A program made the position numbers and the translations under genes. This document shows positions 48,846-57,836 of a DNA stretch of 64,000 nucleotides, in pieces. The stretch covers positions 1,152,001 to 1,216,000 of the forward strand of contig OZ242011.1 in assembly GCA_965204755.1 (NCBI GenBank), given 5' to 3'. The first letter of the stretch is position 1; every line of letters starts with the position of its first letter. Below the pieces are notes generated by a model. That model did not search any database and had not been told where the DNA came from. It worked only from the letters and a program-made list of their open reading frames with translations. Source of the DNA: Candidatus Marinacidobacterium sp. (GTDB taxonomy: Bacteria > Acidobacteriota > Vicinamibacteria > Marinacidobacterales > Marinacidobacteraceae).

Positions 48846-49604
48846 TTGTTCTCGACGGACGACCCGCTCACCGCCGCGCTGCTGCTGATTCCCGCCGGCG
48901 TGGTGGCGGGGGCGCTGAATGTGGTGGCCGGCGGCGGCTCGTTCCTGACGCTGCCGCTGCTCATCTTCCTCGGCCTGCCCCACCAGACCGCGAACGGGAC
49001 GAACCGGCTGGCGATCCTGATGCAGACCGCGGGCGCGGCGGCGGCGTTCCGGCGCGCCGGAGCGATGCCGAAACGGGTGGTCGCGCGGATCGGGCCGGCG
49101 GCGGTGCTCGGGGCGGCGGCGGGCAGCGCGCTCGCGGTCCGCGTGGGCGAGGCGGCGTTCCTCCGCTTCCTCGCCGTCGTGATGGTGCTGTTCACGCTGG
49201 CGCCGCTGTTCCACCGCGGCCGGTCGAAGGAGACCGCGGAACCGGGCGCGACCGCCGGGATCGGGCTGTTCGCCGCGTTCCTCGGGGTGGGGTTCTACGG
49301 CGGTTTCCTCCAGGCGGGAGTGGGATTCCTCTCGCTGGGCGCGACGACCTGGGCCGGCTACGGGCTGGTGGCGGGTAACGCGATCAAGGTGGCCTGCATC
49401 GCGCTGTTCTCGGTGGTGTCGCTGGCGGTGTTCACCGCGAACTCGGTGGTGGACTGGCCGATCGGGCTGGCGCTCGGCTTGGGAACGGTCGCCGGCGGCC
49501 TCCTCGGGGCGCGGCTTTCGATCCGGGCCGGCGACCGCCGGCTGCGGCTGGTGGTGGGAGCGGCCACGCTGGCCTTCGCCGTGGCGCTGTGGCTGCGGGC
49601 CTGA
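48846..49604 (+). CDS. TauE/SafE family sulfite exporter
   Basis: AGGGSFLTLP, ANGTNR, GFYGGFLQAGVG. Confidence 0.9.
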   Translation: MFSTDDPLTAALLLIPAGVVAGALNVVAGGGSFLTLPLLIFLGLPHQTANGTNRLAILMQTAGAAAAFRRAGAMPKRVVARIGPAAVLGAAAGSALAVRVGEAAFLRFLAVVMVLFTLAPLFHRGRSKETAEPGATAGIGLFAAFLGVGFYGGFLQAGVGFLSLGATTWAGYGLVAGNAIKVACIALFSVVSLAVFTANSVVDWPIGLALGLGTVAGGLLGARLSIRAGDRRLRLVVGAATLAFAVALWLRA

Positions 49605-50812
49605 ACGACACCGAGCGGAGCGGCGCCGGAGCGTCCCGGCCCTGGGACCTCCGCGCGAACGCGTTGCCGCATCGGCGGCGGACGCTGCGTCCGCCGGGGC
49701 GGTTCCGGCTGGAGTCCGGGGCGGAACTCCCCGCGCTCGAAGTCGCCGCCGAGACCTGGGGCGAACCGGATCCGGACGGAACCGCCATCCTCATCTGCCC
49801 GGCGCTCTCGGCGGATGCCCACGCCGCCGGGGAAGGCCGCGGGGAGTCGGCGTTGGACGGGTTCGGCGCCGACCGCGCGGGCAACCGGGAGGCGGGCCTC
49901 GGCTGGTGGGACCCGATGATCGGGCCCGGCAAGGCCTTCGACACCGACCGCTGCTTCGTGGTGTCGCTGAGCCTGCTCGGCGGCTGCGGGGGGACGACCG
50001 GGCCGCAGTCGAGGAATCCGGCCACCGGGCGCCCCTACGGCGGGGACTTTCCGCCGGTGACCGTCGGCGACCTCGCCCGCGCCTCCCGCGCCGCGCTGCG
50101 GGAGATGGGCGTCCGCCGCCTTCGCGCGGTCGCCGGAGGATCGCTCGGCGGGATGCAGGCGCTGGAGTGGGCGGCGGCGTGGCCGGACGAGGTGGACGCG
50201 GTGGTCGGCGTGGCGACGACCCCGGCGCTCTCGGCGCAGGGGATCGGCTGGAACGCCGTCGCCCGGAACGCGATCACCGCCGACCCGGATTGGCGCGGGG
50301 GGCGATACGCCGACTTCGGGACGCGGCCGGAGCGCGGGCTCGCCGTCGCCCGCATGGTGGGGCACCTGACCTACCTCTCGGCAGCCGGGATGGACGCCAA
50401 GTTCGGACGGAACCTGCAGGATCGCGAGGACTTCGCCTTCGACTTGGAAGCGGCCGATTTCCAAGTCGAGTCCTACCTCCGCCACCAGGCGGCGAAGTTC
50501 GTCCGCCGATTCGACGCCGGGGCCTATGTGGTGCTGTCGCGGGCGTTGACCTGGTTCGACCTCGCCCGCCGCCACGGCGGGGGCGACCTGACCCGCGCCG
50601 CCGCCCGGTTCCGCTGCCGGACCTTGCTGCTGTCCTTCACTTCGGACTGGCTCTACCCGACGGGTGATTCCGCGCGAATGGCCGCCGCCCTGCGCGCCGC
50701 CGGGAAACCGGTCGAACACCACGAGATCGAAACCGACTACGGCCACGACTCCTTCCTCCTCCGCGCCGACCGGATGACCCCCCTCATCCGCGCCTTCCTC
50801 GGCGACGACTGA
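49589..50812 (+). CDS. metX: Homoserine O-acetyltransferase
   Basis: GWWDPMIGPGKAFDT, GGSLGGMQ, SDWLYP, YGHDSFL; true start may lie slightly downstream. Confidence 0.92.
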   Translation: MAAGLNDTERSGAGASRPWDLRANALPHRRRTLRPPGRFRLESGAELPALEVAAETWGEPDPDGTAILICPALSADAHAAGEGRGESALDGFGADRAGNREAGLGWWDPMIGPGKAFDTDRCFVVSLSLLGGCGGTTGPQSRNPATGRPYGGDFPPVTVGDLARASRAALREMGVRRLRAVAGGSLGGMQALEWAAAWPDEVDAVVGVATTPALSAQGIGWNAVARNAITADPDWRGGRYADFGTRPERGLAVARMVGHLTYLSAAGMDAKFGRNLQDREDFAFDLEAADFQVESYLRHQAAKFVRRFDAGAYVVLSRALTWFDLARRHGGGDLTRAAARFRCRTLLLSFTSDWLYPTGDSARMAAALRAAGKPVEHHEIETDYGHDSFLLRADRMTPLIRAFLGDD

Positions 50813-50862
50813 GCCGCCGCGCGGCGGATCGGTCCGCCGGAGGACGGCGCGCGGACGGCGGA

Positions 50863-51357
50863 CTACCCGGCGAGACGCGCGTCCGGGAACGCGTCGGCTC
50901 CCGCCAGCGGCGACGACCGCGCGGGCGGCGCGCCGGGCGCCTGCCGCTCGGGACGCCGCAGGGTGATCTCCGGCATCGGCTCGAGATCTCCGGTCTCCCG
51001 GAGCAAGTCGAAGCCCGGAAGGCCCCCGTTCCGGATCTCCTGCCGCGCGGCGACCCGTTCGCCTTCGATCTCCTCGTTCGTGTCGAGCACGAACGCGGTG
51101 AACTCGGCTCGGAACTGCCGGATGTCCTCGGCCCACCCGGCGAAGTCGCGGACGGCGCCGCGGAACTCCCCGTAGGCCGCCGCCGGAGTGTCGCCGCACT
51201 CCGCGATCCCGGCCGGGTTCACGCCGGTCATCCGGACGGCGCCATCCTCCGGTCGGCAGGTGATCCTCCCGCGCAACCGGACGGTCGCGACAAAGCCGTC
51301 GCGCCTCTCGCCTCGCGCCTCCTCTTCCAGGTCGAAGTACAACGGGATCGCCCGCAT
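50863..51357 (-). CDS. HicB-like protein paralogue 3 (most diverged)
   Basis: PLYFD...GFVA...RGR...GVNPAGIAECGDTPAAAYGEFR; paralogous to 51394-51870 and 52370-52846. Confidence 0.55.
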   Translation of the reverse strand: MRAIPLYFDLEEEARGERRDGFVATVRLRGRITCRPEDGAVRMTGVNPAGIAECGDTPAAAYGEFRGAVRDFAGWAEDIRQFRAEFTAFVLDTNEEIEGERVAARQEIRNGGLPGFDLLRETGDLEPMPEITLRRPERQAPGAPPARSSPLAGADAFPDARLAG

Positions 51358-51393
51358 CGCCCTCCTCCTCGTCGGCTCGCGTCGAACGCCCGC

Positions 51394-51870
51394 TCAGGCA
51401 GCCAAGAACTCCTCCGCAACCGGGAGGACATTGATTCGCGGTTCCGGCCCCGACGCCGGGTCGAGGAGGTTGCGGATCTCCAATCCGGTGTCGAGTTCCG
51501 CGGTCTCCGCGCGAAGACCCGCTTCGGGAATCGGCCCGGCGCGAATCCGCCGCCGCGCCTCGACCCGCTCCTCGGTGCTGTCGTCGTCGGTCTCGGTCAG
51601 GAACGAGCGGACCTCCTCCCGAAACCGGTCGAAGTCGGACGCCTCTTCCGCGAAGTCGAAGAGGACCTCCATGACCGCGCGGCGGAAGTTCGCCCTCGCC
51701 GACTCCAGGTCGTCCCCGTTCTGCGCCAGACCGCCGGGATTCACGCCGTAGATCCAGTACGAACCGAACTCGGGCATCCCCGTGACGCGCCCGCGCATTC
51801 GGAGAACGGCGACGAAGCCGTCACCCTCCACCACGCCGAGAAGATCGAAATAGAGCGGCAACTTCTGCAT
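51394..51870 (-). CDS. HicB-like protein paralogue 2
   Basis: GSYWIYGVNPGGLAQNGDDLESARANFRRAV. Confidence 0.6.
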   Translation of the reverse strand: MQKLPLYFDLLGVVEGDGFVAVLRMRGRVTGMPEFGSYWIYGVNPGGLAQNGDDLESARANFRRAVMEVLFDFAEEASDFDRFREEVRSFLTETDDDSTEERVEARRRIRAGPIPEAGLRAETAELDTGLEIRNLLDPASGPEPRINVLPVAEEFLAA

Positions 51871-52102
51871 CGGACGCCTTCTCCTCCGGCGCAAACCATA
51901 GCGAGGGGCGCCCGCTCTCGGGATGACCCGACCCGGCCGCTCGGTCGGGCGGCGGCGGACTCACCCGGCTTCACGGCGGCTCCGGGATTCTTGGCCGAGG
52001 GGAAGCGCCGCGGCGTTCCTCTACCGCCTTTCCCCGTCAATCGGCCGCGCAGGGAGCCATCCCCCGGAGGAGCCGGCGTCCTCGGTGGGCCCGGCCCTTG
52101 GA

Positions 52103-52348
52103 TCAGCGCGGTTGCGGAATCTGCTTCCGGGCTTCGTCGAGTTTCCCGAGCAAGCGGAACATGTGCTTGACATGACCGACTTCCAACTCGGGATTCGATG
52201 CTCCGTGTTTCCCCTTGGGGAGGAAAGCCGTCGCCCCGTCGAAGTGGATCGTCCACCGGTGCGGCCCCTCCACGCGCTCCCATCCCGGCAGGAGGGCGTC
52301 CATGTGCTTCCTCAAGGCCCTGAACCGAATCTGCCCGCGGGAGGCCAT
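52103..52348 (-). CDS. HicA-like small toxin candidate
   Basis: 81 aa; GW....GPH..., LP..KH, ELEVGHVKHMFRLLG resembles the HicA dsRBD-fold pattern. Confidence 0.55.
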   Translation of the reverse strand: MASRGQIRFRALRKHMDALLPGWERVEGPHRWTIHFDGATAFLPKGKHGASNPELEVGHVKHMFRLLGKLDEARKQIPQPR

Positions 52349-52369
52349 GCCCAGGCGCTCCCGCAGCGG

Positions 52370-52846
52370 TCAGGCGGCGAGCCGCTCTTGCGAAACGGGA
52401 AATTCGTTGATCGGCAGCAACCCGGCCATCTTGCGGTCGAGGATGTTCCGGATCGTCAGGAGCGGGTCGAGTTCAGCGGTCTCGGGGCGCAGACCCACAT
52501 CGGGAACCGGACCGGCCTGGATTTTCCGCCGAGCCTCGTTCCACTCCTCGACGAGGTCATCGTTCGTCCCGTTCAGGAAGGCGCGCGCCGCCTCTTCGAA
52601 CTCGGCGAAATCGGATGCCCGGTCGGCCAAGTCGTAGAAGACTTCGACGACGCCCCGGCGGAAGTTGGCGTACGCCGACTTCAAGTCGTCGCCGTTTTCG
52701 GCCAGTCCACCCGGATTGACGCCGTAGATCCAGTACGAGCCGAACTCCGGCATGCCGGTGGCGCGCCCGCGAATGCGGATCGCGGCGACGAAGCCCCGGC
52801 CCTCCACGAACGCCCGGAAGTCGAAATACAGGGGAAGATGCTGCAT
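52370..52846 (-). CDS. HicB-like protein paralogue 1
   Basis: GSYWIYGVNPGGLAENGDDLKSAYANFRRGV; directly upstream of the HicA-like gene; TAGAAT -10 box upstream. Confidence 0.6.
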   Translation of the reverse strand: MQHLPLYFDFRAFVEGRGFVAAIRIRGRATGMPEFGSYWIYGVNPGGLAENGDDLKSAYANFRRGVVEVFYDLADRASDFAEFEEAARAFLNGTNDDLVEEWNEARRKIQAGPVPDVGLRPETAELDPLLTIRNILDRKMAGLLPINEFPVSQERLAA

Positions 52847-53110
52847 CGGTGTCACCGTCCGGGCGAGCGATTCTAGCCCCCGGCGGGGGGCGGAGCGCGC
52901 CGGAGGGAGATCTACCCGGAGGCCCGGTCGGGCGGGAGTGGAGTCGTTAGGCTTCGCGGCGGCTCCGCGACACTTGGCCGAGGGGAGGCGCGGCGGCGTT
53001 TCCCCCTTCCGTTCCCCGGCAGTCGGCGCCCCGTTGCGGCCCCCGAGACCCTTCGGGCGGGCCGGCGGCGTCCGCGCCGTTTCCCGCTTCCTCCCCTGAC
53101 CCCCACGGAC

Positions 53111-54493
53111 ATGACCACCGAACGACCCGGCAACGGCCCCGCGCCCGCCGGCGGGGCGGACGAGTTCGGGTTCGCGACGCGGGCGGTGCATGCCGGGGCG
53201 CGGCCGGAGCCCTACACCGGGGCGCGGGCGGTGCCGATCTTCCAAACGACGAGTTATGTCTTCGAGGATCCCGACGCCGCGGCCGCCTACTTCAACCTGC
53301 AGGAATACGGCAACACCTACTCGCGGATCATGAACCCGACGGTGGCCGCGTTCGAGGAGCGGGTGGCCAGCCTCGAAGGGGCGATCGGGGCCGTCGCCTT
53401 CTCGTCCGGTCTCGCGGCGCAAGCGGCGGCGCTGTTCACCATCCTGCGACCCGGCGACCACCTGGTGGCGTCGCGGGCGCTCTACGGCGGCACGCTCACC
53501 CAACTGCGGCACCTGGAGCGGAAACTGGGGTTCTCGGTCACCTTCGTGGATCCGGACGATCCCGAGAACTTCCGCAACGCGGTCCGCGAAGAGACGCGGC
53601 TGCTGTTCGGCGAGACCATCGGGAACCCCGGCGGCAATGTGCTGGACCTCGAACGGGTGGCCGCCGTCGCCCGGGAGCGCGGGATTCCGCTGATGGTGGA
53701 CTCCACCTTCGCGACGCCCTACCTCTGCCGCCCGCTGGAGTGGGGCGCGGACCTCGTCGTCCACTCCGCCACCAAGTTCATCGGCGGCCACGGCACCAGC
53801 ATCGGCGGCGTGGTGGCGGAGTCGGGGCGGTTCGACTGGGCGAACGGCAAGTTCCCGAGCGTCGCGGAACCGTCGCCGGCGTACCACGGACTGGCCTTCC
53901 CCGCGACTTTCGGCGAGTACGGGTTCTCGATGAAACTGCGGGCGGAGACGCTGCGCGACCTCGGCGCGGCGATGTCGCCGTTCAACGCCTTCCTGTTCCT
54001 CCAGGGGCTCGAGACCCTCCCGCTGCGAATGGAGCGGCATACGGCGAACGCGCTCCGGGTGGCGGAGTTCCTCGCCGGGCGGCCCGAAGTCGCTTCCGTC
54101 GCGCACCCCGGGCTCGCTTCGAGCCGCTACGCGCCGCTCGTCCGGAAGTACCTGCCGAAGGGGGCGGGCTCGGTGTTCTCCTTCGACCTCCGGGGCGGGC
54201 GCGCCGCCGGGCGGCGGTTCATCGGCGGGCTGTCGCTGTTCTCCCACCTCGCCAATGTGGGGGACGCCAAGAGCCTGGTGATCCATCCGGCGAGCACCAC
54301 GCACCGGCAGTTGACCGGGGAGGAACTCGCCGGCGCCGGCATCTCGCCGGGGACGATCCGGCTCTCGGTGGGGATCGAGGACGCGGACGACCTGCTGCGG
54401 GACCTCGACGCCGGCCTCCGCGCCGCCGAAGACGAGAATGCGCCGGAGCAGCCGACCGCGCCGCCGGAAGAAGGAGCCGCATGTCCGACCTGA
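53111..54493 (+). CDS. metY: O-acetylhomoserine aminocarboxypropyltransferase/sulfhydrylase
   Basis: YSRIMNPT, ETIGNP, HSATKFIGGHG, LANVGDAKSLVIHPASTTH. Confidence 0.95.
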   Translation: MTTERPGNGPAPAGGADEFGFATRAVHAGARPEPYTGARAVPIFQTTSYVFEDPDAAAAYFNLQEYGNTYSRIMNPTVAAFEERVASLEGAIGAVAFSSGLAAQAAALFTILRPGDHLVASRALYGGTLTQLRHLERKLGFSVTFVDPDDPENFRNAVREETRLLFGETIGNPGGNVLDLERVAAVARERGIPLMVDSTFATPYLCRPLEWGADLVVHSATKFIGGHGTSIGGVVAESGRFDWANGKFPSVAEPSPAYHGLAFPATFGEYGFSMKLRAETLRDLGAAMSPFNAFLFLQGLETLPLRMERHTANALRVAEFLAGRPEVASVAHPGLASSRYAPLVRKYLPKGAGSVFSFDLRGGRAAGRRFIGGLSLFSHLANVGDAKSLVIHPASTTHRQLTGEELAGAGISPGTIRLSVGIEDADDLLRDLDAGLRAAEDENAPEQPTAPPEEGAACPT

Positions 54494-55026
54494 TGTCCGA
54501 CCTGACGCCCGCCGCCGCATCCTCGGAAGTCGCCTGTGAACTGCCTCCCCCGGCGGCGGCCCCCTCCCGGTGGCAGTCGCCGGAGCGCATCCGCCGGCTG
54601 CTCGCCGGGGCGAAGACGGTGGCGGTGGTGGGGCTCTCCCCGAAGGAACTCCGGGGGAGTTACTTCGTCGCCTTCTACCTGCAGCGGAACGGGTACCGGA
54701 TCGTCCCGGTGAACCCGCGCGCCGAGGTGATCCTGGGCGAGCGCTGCCACCCCTCGGTGGCGGCGATCCCGGAACCGGTGGACCTGGCGTGCGTGTTCCG
54801 GGCGCCCGCCGCGGTTCCGGGCGTCGTCGAGGAGTGCGCCGGGAAGACGCGCGGCCTCTGGCTGCAGTACGGCGTCGTCCACGAAGAGGCGGCGGAGCGG
54901 GCCGAGGCGCTGGGCATGGAAGTCGTCATGGACCGGTGCATGAAGGTCGAGCACGCCCGGCACTTCGGCCGGCTCCACTGGCTCGGTTTCGCCACCCGGC
55001 GGATCGTCGCCACCCGGGGCGGTTAG
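54493..55026 (+). CDS. CoA-binding protein (YccU-like)
   Basis: VAVVGLS, GYRIVPVNP, LWLQYG, VMDRCMKVEH; alternative start at 54481. Confidence 0.9.
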   Translation: MSDLTPAAASSEVACELPPPAAAPSRWQSPERIRRLLAGAKTVAVVGLSPKELRGSYFVAFYLQRNGYRIVPVNPRAEVILGERCHPSVAAIPEPVDLACVFRAPAAVPGVVEECAGKTRGLWLQYGVVHEEAAERAEALGMEVVMDRCMKVEHARHFGRLHWLGFATRRIVATRGG

Positions 55027-55120
55027 AGCCGCCCGTGGAGAAAGTCCGGAGAGCCCCTGTCGGCGCGAAGCGCCGACCGGGGAGGGGTGCGGGGAGGGGG
55101 TGTCCCCCTCCCCGCGATAG

Positions 55121-55873
55121 GTGGCGGGGGCAGTCGCGCAGCGATTCGCGCCGCCGGCCCGTGGGAAGAGCGCTCCGCCCGGAAACCCGACGGGGACTGG
55201 GCGTCCTCCGGTCGAGGAGCCGAGAGCGGAGCGCTCTTTCCACGGGCGGTTAGCCGGCGTGGGCCGCCGCCCGGGGCCGGCGGCGGGCAACACCGTCCTC
55301 CGGCAGTTCTTCGCCCGGCCCCGCGAAGTCGGGGCGGTCCGGGCGAGTTCGCCGGCGCTCGGGCGGGCCATCGTCCGGGCGGTGGAGTGGCCGACCGAGG
55401 GGGCGGTGGTGGAGGCCGGCGCCGGCGACGGCGCGATCACCGAGGTGCTGGCGCGGGAGAAGCCCGAAGACATGCGCCTGATGGCGGTGGAGTTGAACCC
55501 GGTGTGCGCGGAGGCGCTGCGGCGGCGGTTGCCGGAGGTGCACCTGGTGGTGGACGACCTGGCGCGGCTGCCGGAGATCTGCGCCGCGGAGAGCGTCCCC
55601 CGGCCCAAGGTGGTCGTGGCCACCCTGCCCTGGTCGGTGCTCACCCGGGAGCGGCAGGAAGCGGCGCTCGACGGGGTGTGCCGGAGCCTGCCGCCGGGCG
55701 GCCAGTTCGTGTTCTTCGTCTATCTGCACGCCGTCCCGTTCTGGCGCCGCACCGGGTTCGCCCGCTCCATCCGGAAGCGGTTCGGCGTCGTGGAGCGCAC
55801 CGAGACGGTGTGGCGGAATGTTCCTCCGGCTGCGGTCTATGCCTGCCGCGCCCCGCGCCGGGAAGCGGCCTGA
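55121..55873 (+). CDS. Class I SAM-dependent methyltransferase (PmtA-like)
   Basis: PREVGAV..SS, VVEAGAGDGAIT, AVELNP, VWRNVPPAAVY; start uncertain. Confidence 0.8.
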   Translation: MAGAVAQRFAPPARGKSAPPGNPTGTGRPPVEEPRAERSFHGRLAGVGRRPGPAAGNTVLRQFFARPREVGAVRASSPALGRAIVRAVEWPTEGAVVEAGAGDGAITEVLAREKPEDMRLMAVELNPVCAEALRRRLPEVHLVVDDLARLPEICAAESVPRPKVVVATLPWSVLTRERQEAALDGVCRSLPPGGQFVFFVYLHAVPFWRRTGFARSIRKRFGVVERTETVWRNVPPAAVYACRAPRREAA

Positions 55874-55928
55874 CCACCGTGGCCGCCGACTGCGACCCGT
55901 CCACGAAAGCGGGGCAACCTCACCGGCC

Positions 55929-56045
55929 GAATCGTGTATAGGTGACGCGAATTGTGTATAGCTGGACTGAATTGTGTATAGCTCAGCCCGAATTGTGTAT
56001 AGCTGAGCGGAATTGTGTATAGCTGCGCCGGGAATTGTGTATAGC
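55929..56045. repeat. Phased repeat cluster A: six GAATTGTGTATAG cores
   Basis: Cores start at 55929 (one mismatch), 55949, 55969, 55990, 56010 and 56032. Confidence 0.95.
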
Positions 56046-56235
56046 CGGGCCGCCGGCGCCCGCCGCGGCGCGGATGCGCGGCGGAGCGGCCCGCGCCGGG
56101 ACGCGCCGGCGACCGGATCGGGCCTTCCCGGGGCGCTCCCGACCGGTGTTCGCAGGGCCGGGGGGGCGGAACGGGTGGAGCGCCGGGCTGCCGGAGGGCG
56201 GGCCGGCCCGCGCCCGGATCGGGCGGGAATACGCC

Positions 56236-56355
56236 GAATTGTGTATAGGTGAGCCCGAATTGTGTATAGCTCAGCCCGAATTGTGTATAGCTGACGCGAA
56301 TTGTGTATAGCTGAGCGGAATTGTGTATAGCTGAGCGGAATTGTGTATAGCTGAG
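56236..56355. repeat. Phased repeat cluster B: six GAATTGTGTATAG cores
   Basis: Cores start at 56236, 56257, 56278, 56298, 56318 and 56338. Confidence 0.95.
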
Positions 56356-56414
56356 GCGGATCGGGCCGAGCCGCGCGGCGCCGTGGAGGCGGCGGGCGGT
56401 TTCCCCGCCCGCCC

Positions 56415-57836
56415 TCACCGCGGCGGGAAGCGGCGGGGGAGCGCGGCGGCCTGCTCGAACGCGTAGGCGAACCGGAGGAGCGCCAGGTCGCCGCGCCAGC
56501 CGCCGACGGAGGGCCCGACTAGTTGGAGCCCGACGGGGAGGTCGTCCTCGGTCCTTCCGAAGGGGACGGAGACCGCCGGGCAGCCGAGCAGCGAGACCAG
56601 CCAGCACGAGGCCATCCACTCGATGTAGGAGCCCATCGGGACGCCGGCGATCTCCCGCACCCACTCGACCTCCGCGTCGAACGGCGGGACCTGGCTGACC
56701 GGGAGCGCGAGGAACCGGTAGCCGGCGAAGAAGCGGCGGGCCCGCTCCCGCAGCGCTTCCCGGCCGCGGCGGGCTTCGGCGAGGCGGGCGGGGGTGAGCC
56801 GGGCGCCCTCTTCGATGTTCCCGACGACCGTGTCCTTCAGCCGGCCGGGGTGGCGGCGGAGCAGGCGCCCGAACCTCCGGTGGAAGTACCAGGCGCGCAG
56901 GTCCCGGAAGACCTCGGCGCCGCCCGTCAGGTCCGGCGCGGCGTCCTCCACCTCGCAGCCGGGCAGGCCGGAGAGCGCCGCCCGCGCCGGGGCGAGCGCG
57001 GCGGTCACCGCCGGATCGAACGGGAGACCGGCGAAGTCCGGGCTCCAGGCCACGCGGACCCCGCGGAAGTCCCGCTCGAGCGGGCCGCGGAACGCCTCGC
57101 CCGGGGCGTCGAAGGAGAGCGGCGCGCGGTCGTCCCGGCCGACCAGCGCGCCGAGCATGAGCGCCGCGTCGGAGACCGTGCGCGCCATCGGCCCTTCCAC
57201 CGGGATCGGGAAGTCCGGGGTCTCGTTCGGCCAGACCGGGACGAGCCCGGGCGAGGGGCGGAAGCCGACCACGCCGCAGAAACTCGCCGGGTTCCGCAGC
57301 GAACCGCCGAAGTCGCTGCCGTCGGCGAGCGGGACCATCCCCGAGGCCAGCGCCGCCGCCGCGCCGCCGCTCGACCCGCCCGGCGTCTTCGCCGGATCCC
57401 AGGGGTTGCGCGTCCGCCCGAAGACCTCGTTGAAGGTCTGCGAGCCGGCGCCGAACTCCGGGGTGTTGGTCTTGCCGAGGGTGATCGCCCCGGCGGCCCG
57501 CAGCCGCTCGACGATCAGCCCGTCGCGCTTCGGGACGAAGGACTCGTAGATGCGGGAGCCGAAGGTGGTGCGGATCCCCGCGGTGGGGACCAGGTCCTTG
57601 TGGGCGACCGGGAGCCCGTGGAGCGGCCCCGCCGGCGCCCCGGCGGCGAGCGCCCGGTCCGCCGCCTTCGCCCGTTCGCGGGCGGCGTCCGCCGTCAGGG
57701 TCACCACGGCGTTCACCCGCGGGTTCACCGCCTCGATGCGCTCCAGGTGGGCGTCCACCACCTCGACGGCGGAGACCGCGCGCCGCCGGAGGAGCGCCGC
57801 CAGTTCGACGGCGGAGCGCTCGACGAGCGAGTCAGG
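56415..57836 (-). CDS. Amidase signature family enzyme
   Basis: HKDL, GKTNTPEFG, GGSSGGAAAA, GSDFGGSLRNPASFCG; start codon not clearly identifiable. Confidence 0.9.
   Translation of the reverse strand, partial: PDSLVERSAVELAALLRRRAVSAVEVVDAHLERIEAVNPRVNAVVTLTADAARERAKAADRALAAGAPAGPLHGLPVAHKDLVPTAGIRTTFGSRIYESFVPKRDGLIVERLRAAGAITLGKTNTPEFGAGSQTFNEVFGRTRNPWDPAKTPGGSSGGAAAALASGMVPLADGSDFGGSLRNPASFCGVVGFRPSPGLVPVWPNETPDFPIPVEGPMARTVSDAALMLGALVGRDDRAPLSFDAPGEAFRGPLERDFRGVRVAWSPDFAGLPFDPAVTAALAPARAALSGLPGCEVEDAAPDLTGGAEVFRDLRAWYFHRRFGRLLRRHPGRLKDTVVGNIEEGARLTPARLAEARRGREALRERARRFFAGYRFLALPVSQVPPFDAEVEWVREIAGVPMGSYIEWMASCWLVSLLGCPAVSVPFGRTEDDLPVGLQLVGPSVGGWRGDLALLRFAYAFEQAAALPRRFPPR

Noticed and set aside
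52860-53110. SAM riboswitch upstream of metY
   Set aside because: No recognisable SAM-I/II/IV core was found by eye. The region is largely the duplicated upstream segment of the HicB-like gene.
54481-54504. 12-bp tandem duplication ATGTCCGACCTG at the metY/CoA-binding gene junction
   Set aside because: A simple in-frame duplication giving two alternative starts; no evidence of function.
55929-56355. CRISPR or TIGR-type array, or a coding repeat (LSYTQF)
   Set aside because: Linkers are only 7-9 nt and related to each other, there is a single repeat type, no cas or Nop-domain gene is nearby, and the 20/21/22-bp periods do not keep frame.
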